64,000 nucleotides of DNA from a virus (lineage: Duplodnaviria; Heunggongvirae; Uroviricota; Caudoviricetes): positions 37,662-101,661 of the IMG/VR virus record IMGVR_UViG_3300012943_000386; one strand, given 5' to 3'. The notes under the pieces are model-generated. The model saw only the letters and a program-made list of their open reading frames with translations, was not told where the DNA came from and made no database searches. The position numbers and the translations under genes are program-made. Below are positions 23,155-32,720 of the stretch, one piece after another (within the stretch, counting starts at the first letter, position 1; each line of letters begins with the position of its first letter).

Positions 23155-25493
23155 TGCTCCTCAGCTCCGCTATCTGCGGGTGGTTCTTCGTTATGTGATG
23201 GATCTGTGATGACAGCTGAAACACCTGGTGACTTCAGCAGCTCCTTGGCTGCCTGCTTGTCACGAAGGTCGTAGTAGTGCGACTTGACGCCCCATTTGGC
23301 CGCCAGCATAAGGTTCTTGGCGATGAGCGTTGCTGGGATCTTTCCTTCTGGGAAGAAGCGACCCGAGTAGAACGTGTCAGATGAGATGCCCATGTCGACG
23401 TAGGCCTGAAGAACGGCAACTGTCTTCAGGTAGTTGACGCAGTCTGGCTGGTCCCACAGCAGCTGATAGTGCTTCTTCAGGCGCCGATATTCTGGTACCA
23501 CCTGAGCGAACTCACCGGCCTTTGACGACTTGATGGTGATGAGCTGCTTAGCAAGGTTGATGCCGTTCGTCGAGTTGATGACAACGGATGAGCTCTCAAC
23601 AGGCGCAATTGCCATTAGCGTTGAGTTGCGCACGCCGTGCTTCTTCATCTTCTCGCGCAGCGTCTCCCAATCGAGCTCTTCGTCTGGCGTGAAGTCGACG
23701 AGGTCGTCAACACCCTTGGCACGGCGCTCCCATGGGAACACACCCTGACCATAGAACGTCGACGATGAGAGCTCGCATGGTCCTTTTTCCTTGGCAAGGT
23801 TTACAGTCGCCTCGGTCAAGTAGAAGGCCTGGTGTTCCATCCAGCGCTTCACCTCTGCGAGGGCGTCGCTCTCACCGTACTTGAGCCGGCGCTTCGCGTG
23901 CCAGTAGGCAAGGTTCGTGATGCCAATGCCGAGCGGCTCGAACTCCTTGTTGTGCAGCCTTGACTGCACGGTCAGAAAGTCCTGATACTGAAGGAGGTTA
24001 TGCAGCGCGCGATGTAGCACTATGGCAGGGCGCTTCATGTCCTCTGGATTACGGAACGTTCCCCAGTTCATGGAGCCAAGAGTGCAAAGTGCGATGCGAC
24101 CATTGTCATCATCGACAGTCTTGAAGCCCCTTGTTGGCAGCATGATCTCTGTGCAGAGGTTCGTCTGGTAGATTGGCGTTTGCTTCACATCGAACGGTCC
24201 CTGGTTGGCGACGTTGTCGATATTGAGGATGTAGTAGCGACCAGTGTCACCACGCTCCTTGAGCAGCCAATCCTTGATGACCGTCTCAGCAGGCTCCACC
24301 TTGACGCGAAGGTCGGTGCGAGCCTCGTACATCACGTACAGCTCCTCGAACTTTTCGCTGTCAGTGTAGAAGGCCTCGTAAAGGTCGGGCACCTGGTTCG
24401 GGTCGAAGAACGTGATCTTGCCCTGCTCTTTGAAGCGGCGCCAGAAAAACTTGTTCATCACCACGCAGTAGTCGAGGTGACGAACGCGCGTCTCTTCTGT
24501 GCCCTGGTTGTTCTTAAGAACAATCAAGTCATCGAACTGATAATGCCAGATCGGGAAGTTGACAGTGGCTGAAGCGTTACGAATGCCACCCTGACTGCAT
24601 GAGCGGAGGTCGGCAAACCACTTTTTGAGAAATGGTATGAACCCTGTGTGCTTGACTTCACCACCTCTAATTGCTGCTCCAAGCGGGCGAAGTCGTCCAA
24701 CGTCAAGACCGATGCCAGCTCGCTTTGCGGCATAATCTGCCATGACTTGTCCCGAAGCGAAGATAGACTTAAGGTTGTCATCTGACTTGATAAGGACGCA
24801 AGAAGAGAATTGCTTAGTTCGCGTTCCAAGTCCCGCGAGAACCGGAGTTGCAAGCGTGAATAGGCCATCGCTTGCCGCGTTGTAGAAGTCTCTGACCCAG
24901 CGGAGACGATCCTTAGGTCCTTCTGCGTGAAACGCAGTAGCTGCGGCAATGGCGTAGCGGACCTGCGGACTTTCGACGACAGACCCAGACTTCGTACGAT
25001 CCTGGACCAGATATTTTTCAATGAGCTGTTCAACGGCTGCATATGGGAGCGCCTCATCTTTGTCGTGATCAATGAACTTGTCGATCTGATCCCACTCTTC
25101 CTCTGTGTACCACAGCAGAAGGTCAGGCGTGTAAAAGTTGTTCTCAACGTTCTTCTTGACGATGTCAAAAAGACGCGGTGGCTTATACTGGCCGTAAATG
25201 TCCTTGCGCAGCATTGAGATGCGCTGCTTACCAGCAGCATGCTGGTAATTGACGTTGCCAATATCTGGGTGCTCTTCCTCATCGATGAGGTCGATCATGG
25301 CGCGTAGCGCCATTTGGTCGAGCTCGCGTGTCGTCATTCCATCGTAGAGGTGGGCATGAGCGGAAATTTCGATCATTGATGGCGAAACACCATCAATGCC
25401 TTCACAAACTTTCGCAATCTGAGCTTGCCACTTTTCAATCTGCAGGGGGACACGAGCGCCATTTCTTTTGATGACGTGGATCTCGTCGGGCAT
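23133..25493 (-). CDS. nrdA: ribonucleotide reductase class Ia alpha subunit
   Basis: 786 aa with N-terminal ATP-cone, catalytic core and C-terminal CxxC (HCEACVL). ATG 25491-25493. Confidence 0.9.
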   Translation of the reverse strand: MPDEIHVIKRNGARVPLQIEKWQAQIAKVCEGIDGVSPSMIEISAHAHLYDGMTTRELDQMALRAMIDLIDEEEHPDIGNVNYQHAAGKQRISMLRKDIYGQYKPPRLFDIVKKNVENNFYTPDLLLWYTEEEWDQIDKFIDHDKDEALPYAAVEQLIEKYLVQDRTKSGSVVESPQVRYAIAAATAFHAEGPKDRLRWVRDFYNAASDGLFTLATPVLAGLGTRTKQFSSCVLIKSDDNLKSIFASGQVMADYAAKRAGIGLDVGRLRPLGAAIRGGEVKHTGFIPFLKKWFADLRSCSQGGIRNASATVNFPIWHYQFDDLIVLKNNQGTEETRVRHLDYCVVMNKFFWRRFKEQGKITFFDPNQVPDLYEAFYTDSEKFEELYVMYEARTDLRVKVEPAETVIKDWLLKERGDTGRYYILNIDNVANQGPFDVKQTPIYQTNLCTEIMLPTRGFKTVDDDNGRIALCTLGSMNWGTFRNPEDMKRPAIVLHRALHNLLQYQDFLTVQSRLHNKEFEPLGIGITNLAYWHAKRRLKYGESDALAEVKRWMEHQAFYLTEATVNLAKEKGPCELSSSTFYGQGVFPWERRAKGVDDLVDFTPDEELDWETLREKMKKHGVRNSTLMAIAPVESSSVVINSTNGINLAKQLITIKSSKAGEFAQVVPEYRRLKKHYQLLWDQPDCVNYLKTVAVLQAYVDMGISSDTFYSGRFFPEGKIPATLIAKNLMLAAKWGVKSHYYDLRDKQAAKELLKSPGVSAVITDPSHNEEPPADSGAEEHCEACVL

Positions 25494-25514
25494 GTTCTTC
25501 TTATTCTCCGAAAT

Positions 25515-25544
25515 ATCTATCTACCGGCGTTACACATTGTACAA
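25515..25544 (-). promoter_or_regulatory. early promoter TTGTAC-N18-ATAGAT upstream of nrdA
   Basis: Minus -35 TTGTAC (plus 25539-25544, inside palindrome TTGTACAA), -10 ATAGAT (plus 25515-25520), GGAGAA RBS, ATG 25493. Confidence 0.4.
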
Positions 25545-25579
25545 CACCGGAAACTTTCAATGCTAAAACTTTTTGCTAC

Positions 25580-26158
25580 TTAGGCGAGCTTACCGAGACA
25601 GTACTGCTTCACTTCATCGTTGCGGCGCAGCCAGCCCTTAAGGAACTTCGCCTGTGATGCATTGGCAGCAACGATTGCGTTGTAGCGTGCTTCACGTGCA
25701 GCTGCATACTTCTCAATGACGACCTTTGGGTCGGTGCAGTTGACGGCAGCAATAGTCTTTGGACCGATAGCACCATCTGGCTCAACACCAACGGCAGTCT
25801 GCAAAAACTTTGCAGCACGACCGGTACCCATGTTGACGGCGCAGTCAAAGTGCATGATTGAAACTGGGGAGACCAGCTGTTCGCACTTTGCAACGTTCCA
25901 GTACTTACGCTCATACACTTCCATCGCGCCAGCGAGGTCGAGATTTTGGATGTCGATCTCTGGATTGGCATTCTTAGCGACGCCATACTTTGTGAGACCG
26001 CCAGTATCTTCTTTGATGTTGACATAGCCAACCTTCTTCTTCTGTTCCTTGGTTTCGCAAAGGCCCGCGATAACTTCTGGATCATCAATGTTGAAGAAGG
26101 CACCGATCTCATAGATCATTGCATGCGCGAACGCATACTTGAACGCGTCTGAAGCCAT
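25580..26158 (-). CDS. GH108-family lysozyme-like protein with PG_binding_3 domain (endolysin candidate)
   Basis: GYVNIKEDTGGLTKYGV (GH108) and DGAIGPKTIAAV (peptidoglycan-binding). Late-type motif upstream. Confidence 0.7.
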   Translation of the reverse strand: MASDAFKYAFAHAMIYEIGAFFNIDDPEVIAGLCETKEQKKKVGYVNIKEDTGGLTKYGVAKNANPEIDIQNLDLAGAMEVYERKYWNVAKCEQLVSPVSIMHFDCAVNMGTGRAAKFLQTAVGVEPDGAIGPKTIAAVNCTDPKVVIEKYAAAREARYNAIVAANASQAKFLKGWLRRNDEVKQYCLGKLA

Positions 26159-26243
26159 TTGGAATTCTCCCTAGTGTGCGATGTAATTCGCACAACAAGA
26201 AAGATCTTGATGGCTGTGGTCTTATGCGTTATCTATGATGGAC

Positions 26244-26252
26244 GTATTTATC
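26244..26252 (-). promoter_or_regulatory. late promoter motif GATAAATAC
   Basis: ~90 nt upstream of the GH108 lysozyme start 26158. Confidence 0.4.
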
Positions 26253-26282
26253 GTGCCAAAAACAGCGATAGTGAAAACAGGT

Positions 26283-26810
26283 TCACCACGACAAAATGTC
26301 GCCGACTACCTTATTTCCGAGGAATTTGTAAAGGTCATGAGGACCGATCACAACTGAGAGCTGTATTTCCTTGCCCGTTCGCAGCTTTACTGGACCGACT
26401 GGATGCACAAGCGCCGTCTCTTTACTGATCATTGGGTGCACCAGCGACATCGGTTCATCATTTTTACCAACGAAGTCTACGATTTCAATATCGAGGGTGC
26501 GCAGATTGTTCTCATCCGGTGAAAAGCTAAAAGCCACATGCTTCTTCTTAGCACAGCTTTCAATGTCTACCGTGTCAATCTGGAGGGTTTCAAGGTCAGC
26601 GGTCAGGATGTGCCACTCGGCAGGGACCCAGAACTCGGTGCCGTTGATACGAACCTTGGCAGCCTCACCGGTCGTTTCCTCGAGATAGGTGATTGGGTTC
26701 AGCAGGAAGTCAAGGAGCGCCGCATTGAAGATCCAGTTGCGCTTGATCACTAGTGGTGATGTCAGCGTTTCAATGATGTACGGCTTGTTGTATTCGGGTA
26801 GGACTAGCAT
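26283..26810 (-). CDS. hypothetical protein (175 aa)
   Basis: ORF track. Confidence 0.5.
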   Translation of the reverse strand: MLVLPEYNKPYIIETLTSPLVIKRNWIFNAALLDFLLNPITYLEETTGEAAKVRINGTEFWVPAEWHILTADLETLQIDTVDIESCAKKKHVAFSFSPDENNLRTLDIEIVDFVGKNDEPMSLVHPMISKETALVHPVGPVKLRTGKEIQLSVVIGPHDLYKFLGNKVVGDILSW

Positions 26811-27085
26811 TAGAACCTCAAGAGCTTCTCTTGCTCTTTTTCTTGTAGTAGTTTGACAATTATATCACCATGGCATGTCTTCGGCTTACACCAGCACGCC
26901 AATGTTTTTCCTCTCAGCTCTTCGAGCTGGGCGAGAAGCTCATGATTATTTCTGAGCCACTCTTCATATTTTGCGATGACCTCTTCACGCGTTCCATCTT
27001 GACCGGGTCGAAATGGATTTCCCCACTTCGATGGTCGACCGATGTAAACGTCATGGGGTTGGTTCTTGTGGACCACCCTTGTCAT
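26810..27085 (-). CDS. DUF4326-family protein
   Basis: VYIGRPSKWGNPF...LACWCKPKTCHGD. ORF-track start 27256 trimmed to MTRVVHK. Confidence 0.55.
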   Translation of the reverse strand: MTRVVHKNQPHDVYIGRPSKWGNPFRPGQDGTREEVIAKYEEWLRNNHELLAQLEELRGKTLACWCKPKTCHGDIIVKLLQEKEQEKLLRF

Positions 27086-27608
27086 TCTTCGGTTTCCTGG
27101 TTGTTGCGCTGCCAACGGCCTCAAAGAAGCTTGTGAGCAGGCCTGTAAAATAGGCGCTGATCTTCGGCCAACCAAAGTCCATAGGAGCAGGAACGATGCG
27201 ACGTGGTGGCGGAGGCGGAGGCGTTGGACGTGGTGGCAGCGATGACCGCTTGTCATTGACCTTCAGTGGGATATATGGCGACTGAAGATCTCCAAGATTG
27301 ATGGTCTTCTTGCGCGCGGTCGGTTTTCTTGCAGCTCGCTTTCTGGGCGTGAAGGCGGCATCCATATCCTTACCCATCTGCTCCATGTCCTTGTCAAGCT
27401 TCTTCATGTCCTCATCAAGGCTCTTCATGGCGCGATCAAGCGTCTTCTGCGCTGTCTCTGTGATTTCACCGGCCACGCCATTGTCGTAGAAGATCTGGGT
27501 GCTCTGAGACCGGCTCACTGGCGGAATGCCTGCCAACCGGCGAAGATGATTGAGGTGCTCGCTTGGCTGTGTCATCGGGCGAATATCACCCATTGGCATT
27601 TTGGCCAT
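27051..27608 (-). CDS. proline-rich coiled-coil protein (spanin-like?)
   Basis: KKLDKDMEQMGKDMD repeats, then PPRPTPPPPPPRR. Confidence 0.45.
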   Translation of the reverse strand: MAKMPMGDIRPMTQPSEHLNHLRRLAGIPPVSRSQSTQIFYDNGVAGEITETAQKTLDRAMKSLDEDMKKLDKDMEQMGKDMDAAFTPRKRAARKPTARKKTINLGDLQSPYIPLKVNDKRSSLPPRPTPPPPPPRRIVPAPMDFGWPKISAYFTGLLTSFFEAVGSATTRKPKNDKGGPQEPTP

Positions 27609-27882
27609 CTCGCCTCCGCTTCAGGTACTTGTCAATGTTGATCGTTGCTACAGTCCCGAAGAACGTCGTGATGACGGCAACGGCAATGAGCCAGTAGTTG
27701 TGCAGCACTGAGATCGTGGCGATGATGCCCGACATGTAGATGCCGCTCGCCCACATTCCCGACTTCACAGCCGCACCCTCACCTACGCGCCGAACGTACA
27801 GCGCCCACGCTACATCGTTGACCAGGATGCAGCCGACGACGGCAAGGACTGACAGGATGGATGGGAATTCAGGTAGGGTCAT
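27586..27882 (-). CDS. small 3-TM membrane protein (holin-like?)
   Basis: 98 aa, three hydrophobic helices, charged C-terminus. Confidence 0.45.
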   Translation of the reverse strand: MTLPEFPSILSVLAVVGCILVNDVAWALYVRRVGEGAAVKSGMWASGIYMSGIIATISVLHNYWLIAVAVITTFFGTVATINIDKYLKRRRDGQNANG

Positions 27883-27894
27883 GCGCCAATTGTA

Positions 27895-28461
27895 TCACAG
27901 TTCGCTGCTACGCACAATCTTCAACCAATCCTTCCACCAAATTCTCTGACCAAAAACGTTTGGATAGAAACCCCAATCATCGCGACCGACCGCGTCATTC
28001 ACCTTGCGACCACGAATGAACAGGGTCCAGGTCTCAACGCCTTCAGGTAGCTCGATCCAGTGCGCGTTAGCTGGGATGCTCTTGAACTTTGGTGTGGGGT
28101 AAACAACGTTGTCAACCGTGACAAAGCTTTGCTCAATGAGCTTAGTGTGCTTGGTTTTATCTGACCTGATGATTGAACCAGGTCCGCGCCACGTTCGGAT
28201 GTCGGTACCATACTCGTTCGGCTTATGCTCCCAGTAGCCGCCTCTCAAAATGACTGTGAGGTAGCTAAACGGGTGGTCATGATAGACGGGGCTATCTGAC
28301 TTGTGGAAGTGATGCAGGAAAATGTTGCCAGGAATATCGGTGCGCTCACCGTCTACCTGGTCCTTGTACGCGAGGTAGTAGCGAGTGAGGTACGGTTCAC
28401 CCTTGTCATAGATGACGTACTTGCGCCCGGCTTTTTCAAGGCGGTCAAGAATGAAGCTCAT
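27895..28461 (-). CDS. cupin-like His-rich hypothetical protein
   Basis: ORF track 27895..28749 trimmed to MSFILDRLEKAG. HHFHKSD...HDHP metal-binding-like. Confidence 0.45.
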   Translation of the reverse strand: MSFILDRLEKAGRKYVIYDKGEPYLTRYYLAYKDQVDGERTDIPGNIFLHHFHKSDSPVYHDHPFSYLTVILRGGYWEHKPNEYGTDIRTWRGPGSIIRSDKTKHTKLIEQSFVTVDNVVYPTPKFKSIPANAHWIELPEGVETWTLFIRGRKVNDAVGRDDWGFYPNVFGQRIWWKDWLKIVRSSEL

Positions 28462-28462
28462 G

Positions 28463-29566
28463 TTAGACGTTCCACTGGCTAAGGCTGTCGTTGAGAACGC
28501 GATTGACGCGAACGAAGGTACCACACTTCGCCATGTCCTTAAGGCGACGGGCTCCAATGTAGGTGCAGGCGCTACGAATGCCGCCGAGGATCTCCTCAGC
28601 TGTCTTGCTAGCTGGTCCCTTGTATGGGACCTCAACGACCTTACCTTCACTGGCGCGGTAGTTGGCCTTGCCGCCATAGTGCTTGTCCATGGCAGCGCTC
28701 GATGACATGCCATAGAAGCGCATTTTCTTCTTGGCGATTGCTGCAGCAAGCGGCAGAAGCTGTGGCGGCATATCCTTCACATCACCAATCTCGGAGATGA
28801 TTTCACCTGCGCACTCATCATGACCGGCAAAGATGCCACCGGCCATGAGGAAGTCTGAACCAGCAGCAAAGCCTTTGGCAAAGTCACCAGCGTTCACGAG
28901 ACCACCATCACCGCAGATCTGACCGTCCACCTGATGCGCCGCATCCTGACATTCGATAATGGCGCTAAGCTGCGGGTAGCCGACACCAGTAAGCTTGCGC
29001 GTTGTGCACACGGAGCCTGGACCGATGCCAACCTTGACGATGTCAACTCCACGCTCAATGAGGTCATACACCGCGTCAGGCGACACAACGTTGCCAGCCA
29101 TGATGACAGCTGAGGTTTCGTCCCTGAGCCTCTCTACGAAGTTGACGAACTTGCGCGAGTAGCCGTTGGCCACGTCCACGCAGAGGAACTTGAGCATCTT
29201 GCCCTGCTCCGCGAGCCGCTGACTGACAGCATTGAATTTCTCAGTATCCGCGTCGGCTATCCCCATCGAATAAAAAGTGTGTGGGTTTGCATCGGCTGAG
29301 CAGAAATAGTCTACCAGCTCATCGGCCGAGTAAAATTTGTGCAGCGCCACGCTCATATGATAGGAAGTTAAGGCCCGCGCCATTTCCATCGTGCCAGGGT
29401 GGTCCATGTTGGCGACGATGATCGGCATGCCGGTGTAGTCAACCTTCGCGTGCTTGAACTTGAATGTCCTTAACACGTCAACCTTTGAGCGACTGTCCAG
29501 CGTTGAGCGCTTTGGGACAAGCAGGACGTCTTGGAAGTCGAGCTTGATGTCTTCGACGATTTTCAT
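28463..29566 (-). CDS. guaC: GMP reductase (IMPDH/GMPR family without CBS insert)
   Basis: Near-collinear with E. coli GuaC: IVKVGIGPGSVCTTR, GVGYPQLSAIIECQDAAH, FYGMSS, GGIRSACTYIGA. Confidence 0.85.
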   Translation of the reverse strand: MKIVEDIKLDFQDVLLVPKRSTLDSRSKVDVLRTFKFKHAKVDYTGMPIIVANMDHPGTMEMARALTSYHMSVALHKFYSADELVDYFCSADANPHTFYSMGIADADTEKFNAVSQRLAEQGKMLKFLCVDVANGYSRKFVNFVERLRDETSAVIMAGNVVSPDAVYDLIERGVDIVKVGIGPGSVCTTRKLTGVGYPQLSAIIECQDAAHQVDGQICGDGGLVNAGDFAKGFAAGSDFLMAGGIFAGHDECAGEIISEIGDVKDMPPQLLPLAAAIAKKKMRFYGMSSSAAMDKHYGGKANYRASEGKVVEVPYKGPASKTAEEILGGIRSACTYIGARRLKDMAKCGTFVRVNRVLNDSLSQWNV

Positions 29567-29766
29567 GCTGCCTTCCTTGAGTTCTGCTTTGCCGTACGAA
29601 GGGCTTCACGCATGAACGGGCTCATTGTTCCAATGTAATGACGGGCTGTCTGCATCCAGGTGCGTTCACCTCGGATAAGTGGTGAATTCAACACCTCACC
29701 ACCAGTACAGCGTTCTAATGTTTCACACATGGTACCGATTGGTTCTTCAACGTATTCTGGTTTCAT
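29563..29766 (-). CDS. hypothetical protein (67 aa)
   Basis: ORF track. Confidence 0.4.
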   Translation of the reverse strand: MKPEYVEEPIGTMCETLERCTGGEVLNSPLIRGERTWMQTARHYIGTMSPFMREALRTAKQNSRKAA

Positions 29767-31229
29767 AGCTGCTTTACCTTGATTGCCAGCTTCTTGAGGA
29801 TTGGGTAGCCCGCTTCAGCGTAGTGCTTGGCGCGCTCTTTTGCGTGCTTCTTTGCCCACTTGAGCTTTGAGTGCACGTCAACAACATGAACGGCGTCCTT
29901 GTCATGACCGCGTCGCAGACCACGACCGATCGATTGGATGGCCTTGATGAATGACTTACCTGGGTCGATAAGCATCATGCAGAAGATGCGGTCGATGGAG
30001 ATGCCGGTCGACGCGATGCCCGAGGACGCAATGACGATGAGCTCGTCCTGCTGCTCGAACATGTCGTAGTGTTCCTTGCGAAGGTCAGATGGACTTTCAC
30101 CGTAGAGGAATACTGCACCCTTAATGAGTGACGCAAGCTTCTTACCAAAGTCAATGCTATTCACCAGTACGAGCGTGTTGCCGTGGGTTGCACACTCAGA
30201 GATGATGAGGTCGGCGATCTTCTCCATGCGGTGCGGCGACTTGCTGAGGAATGAGCGCTCAGCATCGTAGTCCGTGAAGTCCTCATCGATGTAGGTCTCG
30301 TTGATTTCAATCGGTTGGATCTCGACCTTTGCGAGGTAGCCATTGTCGATGAGCCACTTGGCTGGCACCTCATGGAGGATAGGGCCTACCGTGGCGATGA
30401 GCGACATCTTGTCGCACTCTGGCTTTGGGAACGTGCCCGTCACGCCAAAGCGGAATGGAATGTGCTTGCCGTTTTCGTTGAGCAGCTTCTGAGCGATTGA
30501 CGCCTTGATGCCATGCGCCTCGTCCCAGATCAGGCAGTTGAATTCTTTGAGGATGCCTGGATTGTGCTGCAGCGCCTGCCACGTGGCAACGACGTTTGGA
30601 TGGTCAATGTCCTTTGACGAGCCCGAGTAGACGCCCGTGTCAAGCTGCAGCGCCTCATACGTGGCAACAGTCTGCTTCACGAGGTCATCTGATGGAACGA
30701 TGGTGATGGTCTTGTGACCAACAAGCGTGTAGAGGTATGAGATGCCGGCGGTGATGAAGGTCTTGCCTGCACCGGTTCCAGCGATGATGAAGCCGGATCC
30801 AGCCTCCACGGCCTTCTGAACGCACTCGAGCTGGTATGGGTGCAGCAGCGCCTTCTTTCCGTTCGGCATTGTGATGTCGCCGAAGATGTCAACACCCTCT
30901 GCCTTGACGGCGATACCGTTGGCATCGATCTGCATGATGCGACCAGGGTTGATCGGCTGCTCATGCGCAAGTCGGTTGTCGGTCAGCTCGATCTCATATC
31001 CCCATTTCTCGATGAATGGAAGGATCTTGTCGAGCAGGCGCATGTACGTTTTGCCAGTCTTCTCGAAGAAGCGGATGCGCCCGTCCCACCTACCAAGCTT
31101 GTAGGCTGGCATGAAAAAGTAACCGTCGACGTGCGGCGCGAACTCCTTCCAAAGGGTCTCATTGTGAGCAGGTGTCAGCCCACCAAAGTGGCACCATACC
31201 TCATCACGAATAGAGAGATAGCACTTCAT
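29763..31229 (-). CDS. uvsW: SF2 DNA helicase, T4 UvsW-like
   Basis: Walker A AGTGAGKT, DEAH (LIWDEAH), motif VI; near uvsX/gene-32 homologs. Confidence 0.75.
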   Translation of the reverse strand: MKCYLSIRDEVWCHFGGLTPAHNETLWKEFAPHVDGYFFMPAYKLGRWDGRIRFFEKTGKTYMRLLDKILPFIEKWGYEIELTDNRLAHEQPINPGRIMQIDANGIAVKAEGVDIFGDITMPNGKKALLHPYQLECVQKAVEAGSGFIIAGTGAGKTFITAGISYLYTLVGHKTITIVPSDDLVKQTVATYEALQLDTGVYSGSSKDIDHPNVVATWQALQHNPGILKEFNCLIWDEAHGIKASIAQKLLNENGKHIPFRFGVTGTFPKPECDKMSLIATVGPILHEVPAKWLIDNGYLAKVEIQPIEINETYIDEDFTDYDAERSFLSKSPHRMEKIADLIISECATHGNTLVLVNSIDFGKKLASLIKGAVFLYGESPSDLRKEHYDMFEQQDELIVIASSGIASTGISIDRIFCMMLIDPGKSFIKAIQSIGRGLRRGHDKDAVHVVDVHSKLKWAKKHAKERAKHYAEAGYPILKKLAIKVKQL

Positions 31230-31606
31230 TCTTTCGGGTCGAAGAGAGAAATGTAGAAAGTGTCAGTGTTCTGCTCACCTTCCATCAACTGAAAGTGACG
31301 CTCAATGCCAAGATCCTTAATGATCTTGGACCACTCTGGCGAATTGTCCCATCCACCACCCATCGCGTACATCTGAATGAGACAGATAAACTGACAGAGG
31401 TTGATGACGTTGGACGGTGTTGGTACGTCTGGAGCCAGCTTGTAGGTTTTACCATCGGCCTTAACGAGAAGGTACGCGACCTTTTTAACCCGGCGCGGCT
31501 CGAGGCGGCAAATGCCACTGCCATATGCTGTCAGCGTTGGGGTTGCGCAGATCTCGCTGCTAAACTCGATGACGCCTTCTTGTTCTTTGTCGTTAGAGGA
31601 CTGCAT
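31226..31606 (-). CDS. hypothetical protein (126 aa)
   Basis: ORF track. Confidence 0.45.
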   Translation of the reverse strand: MQSSNDKEQEGVIEFSSEICATPTLTAYGSGICRLEPRRVKKVAYLLVKADGKTYKLAPDVPTPSNVINLCQFICLIQMYAMGGGWDNSPEWSKIIKDLGIERHFQLMEGEQNTDTFYISLFDPKE

Positions 31607-32054
31607 CTTGTAGCTCCGCGACGCGCAGCTTCGTCATGTGACCGATCATCCAGCCAAGCTGCTTAATGGCTTCGACGATGGAGGCGAGGTGGTTCTTGAT
31701 GAGCACCACCTCGATCTGAATTTGGTTGATCTCGACGATCTCTTGATCCGAGCCAATGTACGCTTGAATGTCCTTCGCCGTAAGCTGACGCGAGTAGCCC
31801 TCGGTGTACTTCTTCCACAGCTTGCCGACCTTCTTGTCTTTGAGGACAGTCAGCCATTCCTCAACCGCCTTGATGTCCTGCAGCGATTGATCGTATGAAC
31901 CTTGGTAGTGAGGCAGCGTACGAGCCACCTCCTCAAGCCGGCGACCCTCAATCTTGAAGATCGGCTCAGCCGCCTTCACCTTCTCCTGGTACTTTTCAAG
32001 CACAGGAATAATGTCAGCGAGCTTGCTTTCGTCAAGCGTGAGGGTGAGCGACAT
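31593..32054 (-). CDS. hypothetical protein, tentatively UvsY-like recombination mediator
   Basis: C-terminal block KDIQAYIGSDQEIVEINQIQIEVVLIKNHLASIVEAIKQLGWMIGHM loosely parallels T4 UvsY. Adjacent to uvsW as in T4. Confidence 0.35.
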   Translation of the reverse strand: MSLTLTLDESKLADIIPVLEKYQEKVKAAEPIFKIEGRRLEEVARTLPHYQGSYDQSLQDIKAVEEWLTVLKDKKVGKLWKKYTEGYSRQLTAKDIQAYIGSDQEIVEINQIQIEVVLIKNHLASIVEAIKQLGWMIGHMTKLRVAELQDAVL

Positions 32055-32302
32055 TAGCCGTTCCTCAGCTCTCGCACGATGAGAATTTGGCCAGTGTGAA
32101 CGTAGGTTGTCGTGAACTGCCCACCGCTCATCTGCGCTACTTCTCTTTCGTTCTCGCCGTTTGGGCTGGCCTCGTAGACTGCTATGACGCGATCATCGCC
32201 CTGATCACAGTTGGTGATTTTTACTTGGATGGTCATGGTTTTTCCAGGTTGTGAAGATGAACTCGGCACATGCAGCCTCATAGTCAAGTGAGGCGCTTTC
32301 AA
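32054..32302 (-). CDS. hypothetical protein
   Basis: ORF track; likely start internal (MTIQVK). Confidence 0.35.
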   Translation of the reverse strand: MKAPHLTMRLHVPSSSSQPGKTMTIQVKITNCDQGDDRVIAVYEASPNGENEREVAQMSGGQFTTTYVHTGQILIVRELRNG

Positions 32303-32498
32303 AAAGCCGGAACGTCTTTAGATCGGTGAAGATTTTTGGTGTTGTTTCGAGTATTATACACCCAACTGGCAGCTTTGAAAACGTCAGCGTGATGTCAAAG
32401 CCTCTAGAGGTTGAGCTTAAAAGAACCCCGGCTGCGTCGTTGTCCCTAATCAAGCGGCGCAGCCGGTTCTTTGCTACTACAGTCAGATAGCTGCTCAA
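32205..32498 (-). CDS. hypothetical protein (97 aa)
   Basis: ORF track. Confidence 0.35.
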   Translation of the reverse strand: MSSYLTVVAKNRLRRLIRDNDAAGVLLSSTSRGFDITLTFSKLPVGCIILETTPKIFTDLKTFRLFESASLDYEAACAEFIFTTWKNHDHPSKNHQL

Positions 32499-32504
32499 GC
32501 GAGC

Positions 32505-32717
32505 TTACTCTGACTTGTCTTTCTCATCTTCAGCCACCAGACTGAGTGAGGAAAGAACTTCACGTACCTTCGCTTGTAGCTTGCGAGGTGATGTGAACAC
32601 CTCACGCACCTGCGTCCAGTACTCTGCACCTGCAGGTTCATTTTCCTTCACTGGGTAGTGAAGAACGAAACCGCCCTTGATGATCTCGATCGTGATGTTT
32701 GCGTCAAACGTGTTCAT
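32505..32717 (-). CDS. hypothetical protein (70 aa)
   Basis: ORF track. Confidence 0.4.
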   Translation of the reverse strand: MNTFDANITIEIIKGGFVLHYPVKENEPAGAEYWTQVREVFTSPRKLQAKVREVLSSLSLVAEDEKDKSE

Positions 32718-32720
32718 CGT

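Noticed and set aside
24524-25282. 252-aa minus ORF inside nrdA; similar off-frame minus ORFs inside other large genes (42114..42791, 46704..47138, 51205..51777, 52812..53171, 53238..53783)
   Set aside because: Alternative frames within well-supported genes. R/S/T/P-rich low-complexity translations.
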